From: Caedibacter taeniospiralis
Lineage (GTDB): Bacteria; Pseudomonadota; Gammaproteobacteria; Francisellales; Francisellaceae
NCBI RefSeq assembly: GCF_002803295.2
Contig: NZ_PGGB02000012.1
Location: 1-32,000, forward strand
Length of the DNA stretch: 32,000 nt
Reading direction: 5' to 3'
Shown in pieces: positions 1-8,627 of this stretch. Position numbers and translations under genes: made by a program. The notes below the pieces were generated by a model. That model saw only the letters and a list, made by a program, of their open reading frames with translations, was not told where the DNA came from and did not search any database. Every line of letters starts with the position of its first letter. Positions within the stretch are counted from its first letter, which is position 1.

Positions 1-17
1 TTAAGAGGATAAATTAC

Positions 18-2300
18 ATGCAATTAAAAAAATGCTCAAGTACAATCAAAAAGTCAGTGCAAGCTGTTTCGATGGCATTAGCTATAGGTATAGCATCAAC
101 TGCCAGTGCAAATTGTTTTTTAGACAAAGCAGTTACTGGGTGGACGGGAAGCCTCACTTTTCATTGTGATACAGATACAGACTTGTTAGATAATCCTATT
201 ACATTTGATGTAAGTAATGGCGTTAAAGTAAGTTCTATTTGGGGAATTAATGCCAATACACGATACACGCAAACAGAGAATCATGTTGAAGCTACGGCAA
301 AACTGTGGTGGCCTGATGCGGCATATATATTACCTGCTAATCAGGCAGCAACCCTTTCTTTTTCGCCATCGAATGACAATTTTGCGATAAGTAATTTCCA
401 CATAGGTACTGATCAACCTGCTTCAAAGGCAACCATTCGTATTACTTTGCCTGAAAAGCCAGATAATATCAGTACTGATGTGAGGCCAGATATAACGATT
501 TATCAAGGATCACAAAAAGTGGTTGAGATCAATAATCGCGACTGGGGTGCAAGTTACCATCAAGAAGTGAGCTTTAGTGGAAGTAGTGCTGACTTTAGTG
601 TTAAGGTTGCCAGCATAAATGTTGATAGCGGTGTTGATATAGGAAAAGCAGAGCCTGCAAGCTTCAGATTAAGTAATGGTCAAACCCAGCAGGTAACCAT
701 TAGCTACGAACAGCCAGAACCTAAAGAACAGGGTAAGATATCGATCGCGGCAGTTGCTGCAGGGGGGAGTACGCCCATTGTTGCCCCAAACTACACGATT
801 ACAAAAGGTGGCAGTATTATCACCAATGGTCAGTTGAATTTTTCAGCAGCAACCGTGGTTGACTCATTGGATGTGGCAAATGGCTATGTATTAGATACCC
901 CTGCATTTATTGACAATGGCACGCAATATGTTCCAGAAGGGGGAGAAACACACCCTTTTTCAATTGCCAATAATCAAACCACGTCAGTCTCAATCACTTA
1001 TGATGCCAAGATCATTCCGAGTGAAAGGCTTAATTTCAATGTTACTGGTCTGCCCAGTGGCGCCAATACAACCATTAATCTAGTGGATGGCACAAACACA
1101 AAGTCCATCCCTGTTCATGGCAATGGAAGCTATAGTACTTCAGTGCTTCAAAATGGGGATACCTGGCAGATTAGTGCAAGTACTTATAACCAATACAGCG
1201 CGAGTGTCACGCCAAACTCATTCCTTGCAAATACTGATACTCAGGTCGTCAGTGTAAGCTATGCAGAATCGACCTCCAAGTGGCCAGCACACGCAATCGT
1301 TGGTTATGTGAAGGCTTATGGCGACCCATGGACGACCCAGCCCGATACGACAATAGATATGATTAAAGAGGCGATTTCACACGGGTATAACGTGTTTGTC
1401 TATGCATTTGGCGGGCAAGATAGCAATAATACGCCAAATCTTGCCGTTTTTTCTACTGAAGTGCTTGCTGGATTGCCAGCACAATTAGCTGCGATTCATC
1501 AGGCGGGTCATTTAGCCATTTTATCCGTCGGCGGTGGTGCAAATAATACCTTTGAAGCTGATCTATCGGGTGCTAAGTCTACGGATGCAGGCACTAAAAT
1601 GGGTGAATTTCTTGCCACACAAGGCTTTGATGGATTTGATTTTGATGTGGAACATCCAAATGCCTCTGCCACGAGTACCAATCTGATCAGTTATATCAAT
1701 GCTATGCGCGCCGCATTTGAGGCTAAAACTGGAAGAGATTTGATTCTAACAGCCGCACCACAAATTTCAGGATGGTACGGCACAGGGCAATGGGCTTCAG
1801 GCAGTGCGCAGTTTGCCGAACCCATGTATACCCAGGATTTTGTGAATAACGCCAAGTTTGATGCGTTTTTAATCCAGACTTATAACCAATATGGAGGAGC
1901 GCAATTTGGCGGACTAAAAGGCTATAACGAAGGCTTCTTAAGCATGACTTTTGGTCTCTTAAGTGCAGATACGCGTAAGGAAATTCCAGGAATTACACCC
2001 AATGCGTTTGTTGTTCCTGGTGGTACCAGGATTGTACTTGGGGTTCCTGATTTTAAAGATCCCGGTGTCACGGATGCACAATACCAGCAAGGTAGTTGTC
2101 TTGCAACAGCAATGTGTTCAGGTGTGGGTCTTTATAAACCAAGTGACATTAATGAAGATATAAGCCAAGGTCAGTTCAATGACATCCAACTTGGAAATCT
2201 ACATCAATACCCGCAATACGGTGGACTCATGACATGGATTATAAACTCAGATGCTTACCAGGGCTGGACTTGGGTAGATGGGATTAAGACTTCGGCGTAA
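18..2300 (+). CDS. Secreted modular GH18 chitinase. Architecture: signal peptide, Cys-pair N-terminal module, three beta-sandwich-like modules, C-terminal class-III-type GH18 barrel.
   Basis: 760-aa ORF with an AGAGGA RBS at 4-9. The signal peptide ends ...TASA|NC. GH18 motifs present: LSVGGG (SxGG), FDGFDFDVEH (DxxDxDxE, nt ~1627-1656) and IQTYNQ. Three modules end in similar strands (QQVTISYE, TSVSITYD, QVVSVSYAE). Confidence 0.9.
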   Translation: MQLKKCSSTIKKSVQAVSMALAIGIASTASANCFLDKAVTGWTGSLTFHCDTDTDLLDNPITFDVSNGVKVSSIWGINANTRYTQTENHVEATAKLWWPDAAYILPANQAATLSFSPSNDNFAISNFHIGTDQPASKATIRITLPEKPDNISTDVRPDITIYQGSQKVVEINNRDWGASYHQEVSFSGSSADFSVKVASINVDSGVDIGKAEPASFRLSNGQTQQVTISYEQPEPKEQGKISIAAVAAGGSTPIVAPNYTITKGGSIITNGQLNFSAATVVDSLDVANGYVLDTPAFIDNGTQYVPEGGETHPFSIANNQTTSVSITYDAKIIPSERLNFNVTGLPSGANTTINLVDGTNTKSIPVHGNGSYSTSVLQNGDTWQISASTYNQYSASVTPNSFLANTDTQVVSVSYAESTSKWPAHAIVGYVKAYGDPWTTQPDTTIDMIKEAISHGYNVFVYAFGGQDSNNTPNLAVFSTEVLAGLPAQLAAIHQAGHLAILSVGGGANNTFEADLSGAKSTDAGTKMGEFLATQGFDGFDFDVEHPNASATSTNLISYINAMRAAFEAKTGRDLILTAAPQISGWYGTGQWASGSAQFAEPMYTQDFVNNAKFDAFLIQTYNQYGGAQFGGLKGYNEGFLSMTFGLLSADTRKEIPGITPNAFVVPGGTRIVLGVPDFKDPGVTDAQYQQGSCLATAMCSGVGLYKPSDINEDISQGQFNDIQLGNLHQYPQYGGLMTWIINSDAYQGWTWVDGIKTSA

Positions 2301-2369
2301 CTCTTGGATAGGTAAGCCACTGGTTTAACCAGGGAGACTTTCAAGGCTTGACCTTTAGATTTAGTGTTG

Positions 2370-2434
2370 GATGCTGTCATAACAATCCTGTGGGCTTGGC
2401 GGTCACACAGGAGAAATAACATTATGACAGCATC
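2370..2434. repeat. Compound inverted repeat (nested hairpin) in the spacer between the two paralogous secreted-enzyme genes
   Basis: Perfect 13-bp arms: GATGCTGTCATAA at 2370-2382 and TTATGACAGCATC at 2422-2434. They enclose a 7-bp inner stem, TCCTGTG at 2386-2392 and CACAGGA at 2406-2412. No U-tract follows. Confidence 0.6.
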
Positions 2435-2703
2435 AGCTTATGTAAAGTTTAAGCCAACTAGCGCAAGGGTAATTTTTCCCTCTGCTCACCAAAATTTCCC
2501 ATTTTCCGATCTAATCATATGGTATATCATTCACAAAACATGTTAGTAATCAATTCTCAATCAAGTATTCAACAAAAGGAAACGCACAATGAAAATACAT
2601 AAATTAGTGACCTGCTCACACCATGATCATCAGCTGCTCAGAGATCACAAGATTCTCAAGCTGACTTTAATATCAGCTCAATATGATCTCAGGAGAGCCT
2701 AAC

Positions 2704-5610
2704 ATGAGGAACATGCGAACACTAAAATCCCTTTCTCTTTATACACTGGGACTCCTTTATGGCGCTTCATATGCAGCAAATTGTCAAATTACCCGCATCG
2801 ATCACGCCGACACCTGGACGCCGACGCTAAATTTTACCTGCGACGCCAAGGTTGATCTGACTCAGGAAGATGTGAGTTTTAATTTAGCTCAAGGTAGTAT
2901 TTCTGGTATTTGGGGATTAAAGGTAGCGGATAAAGATGCCAATGCTGCGATAAATCTCAGCCAAACGGGTAATAAGGTCTATATCGATATCGGTAAACAC
3001 TATTATCCTGAAGATGATGTCAACATTGAGCCTGGGGAAATTGTGTCTTTTAGCTATTCTCCCAGTGTTTTAAACGATACGATCAGCAATTTCACAATAG
3101 GAAGCAACACCCACGAACAAGGCGTTGTGAATTTTAAACAACTAGCCTCCAGCCAAGATATTCCCTTAGATGCAGTGATTCAGCTGAAAAATCAGTCAGG
3201 TCAGGTTGCCTATCAAGTCACTTGGCAACAGGTTGCAAAACAATCCCTCACTGTGACTCCTGGCAAGTATGAAATTGAGGCGTATGTTGTAAAAGGCAGT
3301 TTACGTGAACCAATTACTGTTACTTCAGCTAATCCTGTTACTATTGAACAAGATAAGACCACTGAAGTAAGTTTAAATTACCAGCAACAGGAAACAAATC
3401 TGAGTATTTTCCTTGATGAGTTTAAACCCGAAGATGTTAATAACGATAAAGTGACTGTGGTGATTCAAAATATTACAAGCAAAGAAACGCATACGGTTGA
3501 GACCCAATGGCATGGTGAAGTTCAAGTGCAGTTAGCGCCCAATCAAAGCTATGTCTTAAGTGCACCTGATATAATGGGAAGCGAAAATCAATATGCCTTT
3601 AGTTTGTCACCCTCTACAGTAAACACAGATGCAACAACTGCACAATACCAAACGCATATTAATGTCAGTAAAACACCGATAGCAACTTATCTCTTAAAGA
3701 CCACCATTAGCAATTTACCTACGGGGAAATCAACGATCATAAGCTTTGCAAAAGATGGTCATGAAGTTGTTTCTCAAACGGTAGAAAATGGTGAGCAAAG
3801 TATTTATCTGCCAGAAGGTAGCTATGAGGTCGCTGCCACGTCAATAACGGAAGATGGCTATCGCTACCAATTACCAAAAATAGAAACAACAGTGCAAAAT
3901 TGTGAAAACTGCAACACACTTAATCTCGTTTTCGACAAAACCAAAATAAACAATAAGGTTCAAGGTTGGCCTAGTTATCTTGCGATGGGAGCCATTGGTG
4001 GACCCAATATTTCACCTGAAACACAGGTTTATAGCGGTGGTGATGACTCCTTTGGCGGCAGACCCGTGGATGCGGTATTTAAATATGCGGGAGTTAATGG
4101 CAACGGTGATCCTGGGGTCATTGATCCGCCCATGAATGCGCTTAGAATGGCGAAAGACTTAACCCTCGCAAGTGAAGCAAACAAGCACCCAAGTCGCGTG
4201 GTGATTGTCGAGTATACGGGGGAAATGAGTGGTGGGCAAAACTATGCCGATTTTAGCAACAGCGCTGTACCCAATCCTGATAAACAGGGTGCCACCTACA
4301 TTATGGCACGTCATTTTTCCAGTTTAATTGCCGATGCGATGGCATTACAAACCCACCCTGTGACTTATAATGGACAGAATTATTATGGATCACTCATTAT
4401 GAATCCTGATTTGTTGGGTGCCATACAGCAAAATAACTATATTGATGGGGTTAATAACGACTTATCTGCCAATAAAGTCAATGAGGCTGTGGATCAGGCA
4501 TTATGTTTAATGACAAATGAATACACTTACACCAACAATGATCCGCAATCAAAGTCATGGAGTGGGAAAAGTGCCTATGGTCAAACCTATCACGGCACCG
4601 CATTTGGAATTTTAACGCAAATGCTTGAGGATAACTTTCCAACGTGGCTTGTTAGCTCAGCCACAGATGAGTATTGGGGTGTTGCAATCAATAATAAAGA
4701 TAGTCAGCTTGAAAAGTGGTTTCAGGCCTGCATCAGTCATCCAGATTACGACAAAAGCCGCTATCAGCATCCTGATTTCAAAGCAGGGCTAGATGGATGG
4801 GTAAAGGCAAATAACTGGTTAATTCGTGCATTTGCGCCTAAAGATCAAGGGGTAACTTTTGGCTGGCAGGATAATATGTGGGCGGTGAACTCTGGGTATT
4901 GGCTACACAAGGATTTATCACGGGGCGAGATTGCCAGTGTATATGCGACTCCACTTAGCAACTGGCTTGAAACTCATGTGCCAAGTGCTATTGAAACAAA
5001 ATCTCCCTATTCCCCTGATTATTTTGTCTTTGATCGCTATGAAACGGATGACAGCGCAGGAGCAGGACAGGCTACCTTGTACAACGCACGGTCCTGGGAT
5101 AATTTCATTACTGCAGTTGGCGAAGTGAGTCGTAATTTTGATAATCTGCCCATCATGTTATGGCAGATTCCAGGTTCTCATCTTCCCTTTGTAGGTGAGA
5201 GAGAACCTGAGCTACTCAACGGTCTGAGTGGTAACTATATATTCAGTACCGCACCAGTCTACTTCTTTGGTGATTCAGCGTTAAAAGGGGACCTCAGCAA
5301 TATGATCGATGGGGGCTTAAGCTCAATCAATACCGCGGTTGGGGCTTATCCTGTGGCAGGAGCATATAGCTGTCCTCTCCCAGGTTGCACTTATAGAGAC
5401 TACTTGAAATACTACCAAGGTCGCGAGAATAATTTTGATTGGTCAAAGGATAATGGCAAACTCACTTTTGCTGCTGAAAATAACATCTTTGCGATCTTAT
5501 GGGGTGGCGGAAACACTACCAATGTCATCAAAAATTTCAGCAATCCTGACGATCATGGCTGGCTTGCGAATAAAATAATCGGCTATTATAAAAATCCGCA
5601 AGCCTTATAG
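2704..5610 (+). CDS. Secreted modular protein paralogous to the upstream chitinase in its N-terminal ~420 aa. It carries a different ~550-aa C-terminal domain of unassigned family (putative glycoside hydrolase).
   Basis: The ORF track starts at 2683, but the ATG at 2704 has an AGGAG RBS at 2691-2695 and gives a clean signal peptide (MRNMRTLKSLSLYTLGLLYGASYA|ANC). The N-terminal module aligns by eye with ORF1 (ANC..W..L.F.CD...DL, S.IWG, SFS.SPS...ISNF.IG). No DxxDxDxE motif is present in the C-terminal domain. Confidence 0.8.
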   Translation: MRNMRTLKSLSLYTLGLLYGASYAANCQITRIDHADTWTPTLNFTCDAKVDLTQEDVSFNLAQGSISGIWGLKVADKDANAAINLSQTGNKVYIDIGKHYYPEDDVNIEPGEIVSFSYSPSVLNDTISNFTIGSNTHEQGVVNFKQLASSQDIPLDAVIQLKNQSGQVAYQVTWQQVAKQSLTVTPGKYEIEAYVVKGSLREPITVTSANPVTIEQDKTTEVSLNYQQQETNLSIFLDEFKPEDVNNDKVTVVIQNITSKETHTVETQWHGEVQVQLAPNQSYVLSAPDIMGSENQYAFSLSPSTVNTDATTAQYQTHINVSKTPIATYLLKTTISNLPTGKSTIISFAKDGHEVVSQTVENGEQSIYLPEGSYEVAATSITEDGYRYQLPKIETTVQNCENCNTLNLVFDKTKINNKVQGWPSYLAMGAIGGPNISPETQVYSGGDDSFGGRPVDAVFKYAGVNGNGDPGVIDPPMNALRMAKDLTLASEANKHPSRVVIVEYTGEMSGGQNYADFSNSAVPNPDKQGATYIMARHFSSLIADAMALQTHPVTYNGQNYYGSLIMNPDLLGAIQQNNYIDGVNNDLSANKVNEAVDQALCLMTNEYTYTNNDPQSKSWSGKSAYGQTYHGTAFGILTQMLEDNFPTWLVSSATDEYWGVAINNKDSQLEKWFQACISHPDYDKSRYQHPDFKAGLDGWVKANNWLIRAFAPKDQGVTFGWQDNMWAVNSGYWLHKDLSRGEIASVYATPLSNWLETHVPSAIETKSPYSPDYFVFDRYETDDSAGAGQATLYNARSWDNFITAVGEVSRNFDNLPIMLWQIPGSHLPFVGEREPELLNGLSGNYIFSTAPVYFFGDSALKGDLSNMIDGGLSSINTAVGAYPVAGAYSCPLPGCTYRDYLKYYQGRENNFDWSKDNGKLTFAAENNIFAILWGGGNTTNVIKNFSNPDDHGWLANKIIGYYKNPQAL

Positions 5611-5631
5611 ATATGATGGTGCATTGCGTAG

Positions 5632-5653
5632 GGGCGTATTGTATACGCCTTTG
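5632..5653 (+). terminator. Candidate weak intrinsic terminator after the second secreted-enzyme gene
   Basis: 7-bp stem GGCGTAT (5633-5639) / ATACGCC (5643-5649) with a 3-nt loop. Only TTT follows, so the U-tract is weak. Confidence 0.35.
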
Positions 5654-5690
5654 CAAAAATGAGCGGAAATTCTGTCAAGCCTATGTAGGT

Positions 5691-5939
5691 TTAGGAATGT
5701 CTAAACCACTTTTTTAATTTTTCTTCTGCCCTTAATATGTGCTTTTCCACTCGTGGAAAACGGTGAAGTAGTTGATGTAGTAACTTTCTCATGGAAGGGA
5801 TAATCCAGGACAGCACAATAATGCCTGCAAAAAAGAACACAAACCCAGGAATAATAGGCAAGATTGCGCCAAGTAAGGCAAGTGAGAATAACAAAATAAC
5901 GATTAAGATGAGAAGAGCTTTTTTAAAGAGAATGCGCAT
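5691..5939 (-). CDS. Small hydrophobic inner-membrane protein, two predicted TM helices and a basic C-terminal tail; function unknown
   Basis: 82-aa ORF 37 nt downstream of metK on the same strand. It has a strongly hydrophobic N-terminal 50 aa (LLILIVILLFSLALLGAILPIIPGFVFFFAGIIVLSWII). No clear SD sequence. Confidence 0.5.
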   Translation of the reverse strand: MRILFKKALLILIVILLFSLALLGAILPIIPGFVFFFAGIIVLSWIIPSMRKLLHQLLHRFPRVEKHILRAEEKLKKWFRHS

Positions 5940-5976
5940 GGGGTTACTTAGTTTTGTATGAATGGGGGAATGAACA

Positions 5977-7155
5977 TTATTTGTCGTATAAATTAAGATT
6001 ATTGATCGCTTCGGCTAATGCTTCTGCTTTGTCCGTTTTCTCCCACGTAAAATCAGTATCTTCACGTCCAAAATGACCATAAGCGGCGGTTTTTTGATAG
6101 ATAGGACGCAATAGATCAAGCTGGTGGGTAATTGCATAAGGCCGCAAATCAAAGTGTTCGCTTACCAGCTTTTCAATCATATGATCATCTAGCTTGCCTG
6201 TGCCAAACGTGTTTACCATTACCGAAGTTGGGTTTGCCACGCCAATGGCGTAAGAAACCTGAATTTCACATTTGTCAGCAAGACCACTGGCAACAATGTT
6301 TTTAGCAATATAGCGTCCCATATAAGCTGCTGAGCGGTCAACTTTGGAGGGGTCCTTGCCAGAGAAAGCCCCCCCTCCATGGTGTGCCGCTCCACCATAG
6401 GTGTCCACAATAATCTTGCGTCCAGTTAATCCGCAATCACCCACAGGACCGCCGATGACAAATTTACCTGTGGGGTTAACAAAATAGCGAGTTTTAGCTG
6501 TGATCCATTCTCTTGGCAAAACAGGTAAGATGATTTCTTCAATGACTGCTTCTTTAATCACATGATATGGAATTTCAGGTGCATGTTGTGTTGAGATAAC
6601 TACTGTATCTACGCCAATCGGTTTGCCATTGACATAGCGCAGTGTCACCTGACTTTTGGCATCTGGTCTAAGCCAGGAAAGCGTTTTGTTTTTGCGTAAA
6701 AATGCCTGACGCTGCATGAGTTTATGCGAATAATAGATGGCTGCAGGCATTAGCGTAGGTGTTTCATTGGTGGCAAAACCAAACATTAATCCCTGGTCCC
6801 CCGCTCCTTGATCAAGAGGGTTTGCGCGATCAACGCCTTGAGCGATTTCAGAGGATTGTTTGCCGATAGCATTAATAACCGCACAGCAATTACCATCAAA
6901 ACCCAGGTCATCTTTATCGTAACCGATACCAATCACGACGTTGCGCACGATTTCTTCAATATCAACCCATGCTGAAGTGGTGATTTCACCTGCTACCAGT
7001 GCCATTCCTGTTTTAACCAAGGTTTCGCAGGCCACACGTGCGTGTTTGTCCTGTATGAGAATGGCATCCAGGATGGCATCAGAAATCTGATCGGCGATTT
7101 TATCAGGATGACCTTCAGAAACAGATTCAGAGGTAAATAGAAAATCATTTGCCAT
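5977..7155 (-). CDS. metK: S-adenosylmethionine synthetase
   Basis: 392 aa. The N-terminus [25 protein letters not shown] plus [15 protein letters not shown] and GGGAFSGKD are canonical MetK motifs. Confidence 0.97.
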   Translation of the reverse strand: MANDFLFTSESVSEGHPDKIADQISDAILDAILIQDKHARVACETLVKTGMALVAGEITTSAWVDIEEIVRNVVIGIGYDKDDLGFDGNCCAVINAIGKQSSEIAQGVDRANPLDQGAGDQGLMFGFATNETPTLMPAAIYYSHKLMQRQAFLRKNKTLSWLRPDAKSQVTLRYVNGKPIGVDTVVISTQHAPEIPYHVIKEAVIEEIILPVLPREWITAKTRYFVNPTGKFVIGGPVGDCGLTGRKIIVDTYGGAAHHGGGAFSGKDPSKVDRSAAYMGRYIAKNIVASGLADKCEIQVSYAIGVANPTSVMVNTFGTGKLDDHMIEKLVSEHFDLRPYAITHQLDLLRPIYQKTAAYGHFGREDTDFTWEKTDKAEALAEAINNLNLYDK

Positions 7156-7341
7156 GGTGTATTATCCTTTTGTGTTTGTTGCAAGCTAAAAGGATTCTAT
7201 AGAGTGAAGAGGGAAATTATAGAAACGCTTTAGCGGTGTTATTTTTTGTCGCCCGCAAGTTGTGGTTAAATCAGCGACAGTGTTAATTCCATCAGCGATG
7301 CTAGCCTCATTATGACTGAGTGTCAAAGCGTTTAATAAAAA

Positions 7342-7680
7342 TTATTTGGCTTGATTGATGATTTCCTGTAATTCACCATTTTCATGCAACTCAAGAATAA
7401 TATCGCAACCTCCGATAAGCTCACCATTGACATAAAGTTGCGGAAAGGTCGGCCAATTGGCATATTTTGGTAAGGTTGCACGAATCTCAGGATTCTCCAG
7501 AATATTGACAAAAGCAAATGGTTTTCCACAGGCTTGAATTGCTGCAACAGCATGAGCTGAAAAACCGCATTGAGGCATTTTAGGAGTTCCCTTCATATAC
7601 AGTAAAATACCATTGTTAGCAATTTGTGATTGTATCGTTTCGATTACTTTTGCTTCATCAAAGTTATGGTTTATATTCAT
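7342..7680 (-). CDS. grxD: Monothiol glutaredoxin (Grx4/GrxD family)
   Basis: CGFS active site in the context PKMPQCGFS, plus WPTFPQLYVNGELIGGCDI. The start was moved to the internal ATG at 7680 (MNINHNF...), which has an AAGGAAA RBS. The longer track ORF would overlap the sodB start. Confidence 0.9.
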   Translation of the reverse strand: MNINHNFDEAKVIETIQSQIANNGILLYMKGTPKMPQCGFSAHAVAAIQACGKPFAFVNILENPEIRATLPKYANWPTFPQLYVNGELIGGCDIILELHENGELQEIINQAK

Positions 7681-7787
7681 TTTGATTTCCTTTGGTTGCC
7701 TAAACTTGAAAAGGTACGAGATTAGTATTATATTGCGCGCAGTATATATCAGATTCCAAATTTCGGTCAATAAACAAGGAGCAAGAA

Positions 7788-8381
7788 ATGTTTGAATTAC
7801 CACAGTTACCATATCCAAAAAATGCGTTAGCACCCATTATTTCTGAAGAAACCATAGAGTATCACTATGGCAAACATCATCAAGCATACGTCACGAATTT
7901 AAATAATTTGTTAAAAGCAGATGAGCATAAAACGTTTGCAGGAAAATCTTTAGAAGAAATTATTTTAACTTCCAAAGCGGGTGTATTTAATAATGCAGCA
8001 CAAATCTGGAATCATACCTTTTACTGGAATTGTTTAACCCCAAATGCCAAGGCAAAGCCAGAGCCAGAGGGTAAACTATTGCAGGCGATTGAGAAAAAGT
8101 TTGGTAGCTTTGAAGCCTTTAGAGAGGACTTCAATAAAACAGCCGTCACAACTTTTGGTTCTGGCTGGGCGTGGCTCGTTAAAGCCAAATCAGGTGAGCT
8201 TGAACTTGTGAGTACGAGTAACGCGGGATGTCCATTGACAGAGGGGCATATCCCACTACTAACCTGTGATGTGTGGGAGCATGCGTATTATATTGATTAC
8301 CGCAATGCGCGTCCAAAATATGTAGAAGAATTCTGGCATATCATTAATTGGGATTTTGTTGCAAAACAGTTTGCAAAATAA
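7788..8381 (+). CDS. sodB: Iron superoxide dismutase
   Basis: 197 aa with an [45 protein letters not shown] and [13 protein letters not shown] are Fe/Mn-SOD signatures with Fe-type residues. Confidence 0.95.
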   Translation: MFELPQLPYPKNALAPIISEETIEYHYGKHHQAYVTNLNNLLKADEHKTFAGKSLEEIILTSKAGVFNNAAQIWNHTFYWNCLTPNAKAKPEPEGKLLQAIEKKFGSFEAFREDFNKTAVTTFGSGWAWLVKAKSGELELVSTSNAGCPLTEGHIPLLTCDVWEHAYYIDYRNARPKYVEEFWHIINWDFVAKQFAK

Positions 8382-8627
8382 ACCCTCACCCAAAATCTCC
8401 GTTTGTCGAGGAGTCTATATTTCACTTTTATTTCCTAAGATTACGTGTATGTGGTTGATTGTTTCTATTTTAATCAAAATATCTTTAAATATTCCTGTAC
8501 CTTTCATTAAATTCAGGTAGAATACCGCCTGAATTTATCAACAACATACTCGTCACGTATCGTTTGTAGTCGTTTAAAACGCAGAAGGGCAGTGATTGGT
8601 ATCATAACTTTTGGGTTTTAAATCATT

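Noticed and set aside
2364-2546. 60-aa GTG-initiated ORF in the spacer between the two secreted-enzyme genes
   Set aside because: It has no RBS, runs straight through the nested hairpin, and its composition looks like translated non-coding AT-rich DNA. I treat it as spurious.
7718-7735. AT-rich segment (GAGATTAGTATTATATTG) in the grxD-sodB divergent region, considered as a Fur box
   Set aside because: It has too few matches to the GATAATGATAATCATTATC consensus by eye, and it cannot be told apart from generic AT-rich promoter DNA.
7681-7833. N-terminal extension of the grxD ORF (the 163-aa version in the track)
   Set aside because: The extension has no glutaredoxin similarity and would overlap the sodB start and promoter region. 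The internal ATG at 7680 has a good RBS and yields a normal ~112-aa Grx4.
8509-8536. 9-bp AT-rich hairpin (AAATTCAGG / CCTGAATTT) between sodB and deaD, considered as a sodB terminator or a deaD leader element
   Set aside because: It lies ~130 nt past the sodB stop, has a weak stem and no real U-tract, and contains a TAGAAT -10-like hexamer in its loop. The evidence is insufficient for either role.
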